Below, one piece after another: positions 62,021 to 64,000 of a stretch of 64,000 nucleotides of DNA. A program made the translations under genes and the position numbers. The notes beneath the pieces were generated by a model that worked only from the letters and a program-made list of their open reading frames with translations, did no database searches and was not told where the DNA came from. The DNA lies in NCBI RefSeq assembly GCF_904830925.1, contig NZ_LR882967.1:3426106-3490105 (forward strand), written 5' to 3'. Each line of letters begins with the position of its first letter. Position 1 is the stretch's first letter. Source of the stretch: Planktothrix pseudagardhii (GTDB lineage: Bacteria; Cyanobacteriota; Cyanobacteriia; Cyanobacteriales; Microcoleaceae).

Positions 62021-63502
62021 TTATCCTGATGCTTTTCCTTTAGAATAACAGACAAGAGTTGCAGTTGGTTTCAGGGGTAATCGAATCGTAAAAGTGCTAC
62101 CGATTCCGGGCTGGCTTTCCACCTCAATACTACCACGATGCGCTTTAACAATAGCTTTAACAATGGCTAATCCTAAGCCTGATCCTCCGGTTTTGCGAGA
62201 GCGATCGCTATGTACCCGATAAAATCGATCAAATATTCGAGATTGTTCGGTTAAAGGAATACCAATTCCTGTATCTTTGACTTGAATAATCGCTTGTTGA
62301 TGACTAGAATATAAACAGAAAATAATTTGCCCTTTAGAGGGAGTATATTGAATCGCATTAATGGCTAAATTAAAAATAACCCGATAAAGTTGTTCCTCAT
62401 TTCCTAAACTATAAATCGGTTGTTTATCAGTAATTTCTATTTTTAAAGATAGGTCTGCATTTAATACCATTGCAGCAAGTTCTTCTTGAGCATCACTGAT
62501 TAAATCATTTAAACAGCATAATTTTTTAGAGAGGGATATGTTTTCTTGATCCATCCGAGATAATAATAAAAGATCTTGAACTAATTTAGATAATCGATGA
62601 TTTTGCCGTTCTACGGTTTTTAACGTTTCTTTGGCTTCGGTTTCGGTCAAAGGGTCGAGTTTGATTGTGGATTCTACGGTCGCACAAATAGCGGCTAAAG
62701 GTGTTCTTAATTCGTGGGCTGCATCGGCGGTAAATTGTTGAATTTGTTGGTAAGAAGAATAGATAGGTTGCATGGCTATTCCAGCTAATTTCAAACTTGC
62801 AAACCCTACTAATATTAACGCTAAAGGTAAACCTATGACTAAAATTAAGGTTACAACATTCATATATTGATCAAAATCTTGTAGCGATCGCCCTAATTGT
62901 AAAATTCCCCAATTTTGCTGATTTCGAGTATGTAAAATCAACGAATATTGACGATAGCGAATTCCTTTTTGATCTGTAAAGGTTTGCCAAACTTCTCCCC
63001 TAACATGGGGCGATACATCGAGGTGATGGGTTCCGGTAAAGGCGACTAAATCCCCTGAATTATTAAATAAATGAATTAAATAATAATGATTATGATAGGG
63101 AGCTAACCGATGAAACTCTTTGCCCTTTTCATCAAGAATAGGTAAGCAATTAACTTCTGAGTTTGGATAAGTTAAAATATCATTTTTATTGGATTTATTA
63201 TGGGGATAATAAGTAAAAATAAACTGAATATTATCACTTTTTTTAGAGTCTATAAAACATAAATCGGGAATAATTCTTAAAACATCCGGTTCTAACTGTC
63301 CGGGTTGTTTTAAAACCGTTTCTAAACTATCATGTAATGCGCCAGCAACGGATTCTATTTCTCGATCTAAGGTAATCCAATGAGCATGGGCGATCGCTTC
63401 ATAAACTCCTAAACCGCAAATACTAAGAATCACTCCCATCACCCCAGCATAGTAACAAGTTAAGCGTAGTTTTGTCCGTTTAAACAGTGAGTTTTGATTC
63501 AT
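62021..63502 (-). CDS. Two-component sensor histidine kinase (HisKA plus HATPase_c, two TM).
   Basis: H-box AAHELRTPLAAI, N-box/G-boxes NAIQYTP...DTGIGIP...GGSGLGLAIV. Confidence 0.85.
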   Translation of the reverse strand: MNQNSLFKRTKLRLTCYYAGVMGVILSICGLGVYEAIAHAHWITLDREIESVAGALHDSLETVLKQPGQLEPDVLRIIPDLCFIDSKKSDNIQFIFTYYPHNKSNKNDILTYPNSEVNCLPILDEKGKEFHRLAPYHNHYYLIHLFNNSGDLVAFTGTHHLDVSPHVRGEVWQTFTDQKGIRYRQYSLILHTRNQQNWGILQLGRSLQDFDQYMNVVTLILVIGLPLALILVGFASLKLAGIAMQPIYSSYQQIQQFTADAAHELRTPLAAICATVESTIKLDPLTETEAKETLKTVERQNHRLSKLVQDLLLLSRMDQENISLSKKLCCLNDLISDAQEELAAMVLNADLSLKIEITDKQPIYSLGNEEQLYRVIFNLAINAIQYTPSKGQIIFCLYSSHQQAIIQVKDTGIGIPLTEQSRIFDRFYRVHSDRSRKTGGSGLGLAIVKAIVKAHRGSIEVESQPGIGSTFTIRLPLKPTATLVCYSKGKASG

Positions 63503-64000
63503 GAATCATTATCAATTAAAAACCGATATCCTAAACCATAAACCGTTTCAATCAAATGATCACAACCGATTTCTGAAAGTTTCCGTCTTAGTAAGCGAAT
63601 TTGAGCCGCTACAACATTACTTTCCGGTTCAGATCCGACTTCCCAAAGTTGACCCAAAAGTTGATCACGAGTAACAATTTGGTTCGGATGTCGTATAAAA
63701 TAGTCTAACAGTTGAAATTCTTTATTCGTTAAACTAATGGTTAAAGGATGAGCAGGATTTTTGTGATCAGAAAATGTATAAAATTGATAATCTAAGATAA
63801 AATGATTTAATTGTAATTTTTGGGGTTGAAGTTGAGGAGAACGCCGTTGTAAAGCGCGTAAACGCGCTAATAATTCTCCCATACCAAAAGGTTTCACTAA
63901 ATAATCATCCGCCCCAGCATCTAACCCCATAATTTTATCCGATTCCGTATCTTTTGCTGTTAAAATTAAAATCGGAATAAAACTACCTTTGTGTCGAATT
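63499..64000 (-). CDS. OmpR-family response regulator, partial (the receiver domain runs off the window end).
   Basis: LTAKDTESDKIMGLDAGADDY receiver end, plus a winged-helix C-terminus (YRFLID). 4-nt overlap with the kinase gene. Confidence 0.8.
   Translation of the reverse strand, partial: IRHKGSFIPILILTAKDTESDKIMGLDAGADDYLVKPFGMGELLARLRALQRRSPQLQPQKLQLNHFILDYQFYTFSDHKNPAHPLTISLTNKEFQLLDYFIRHPNQIVTRDQLLGQLWEVGSEPESNVVAAQIRLLRRKLSEIGCDHLIETVYGLGYRFLIDNDS

Overview
This is a cyanobacterial chromosomal segment. The HIP1 palindrome GCGATCGC recurs throughout, and the window carries chlL/chlN (with a conserved acidic ORF between them), two tandem plant-type ferredoxin genes, glcD, lptA-like/lptB/lptFG, a PacL-like P-type ATPase, and NupC and SLC13 transporters. 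All gene calls are by eye from motifs and gene context; no searches were run.

Between the housekeeping genes sit several accessory islets, which tend to be more AT-rich than their surroundings:
- 5.1-11.5 kb: a JamABC/polyyne-like cassette of FAAL, four membrane desaturases and an ACP, ending at an ISAzo13-like IS that disrupts DUF302 genes.
- 24.6-26.4 kb: an ABC-type ATPase plus a small TOPRIM-like (DUF4276-like) partner, a candidate OLD/PARIS/AbiL-like defence pair.
- 32.2-40.4 kb: a divergent cluster of a GT-C-like membrane protein, GMC oxidoreductase, two extended SDRs, DUF218, a small ArnE-like flippase, and a UbiA with a decaprenyl-phosphate-phosphoribosyltransferase-type signature. 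This looks like a polyprenyl-phosphate pentose (DPA-like) glycosylation pathway.
- 50.7-53.9 kb: a C5-MTase and a C-protein/small-nuclease type II R-M system split by an IS630 insertion.
- 59.1-61.2 kb: a HEPN-motif protein and prlF-yhaV toxin-antitoxin pair that replaced most of an Old-Yellow-Enzyme gene.
- Also present: hicBA, DUF928 with a TpsB transporter, a filamentous-hemagglutinin gene remnant, G-rich octamer repeat arrays, and an inverted-repeat element.
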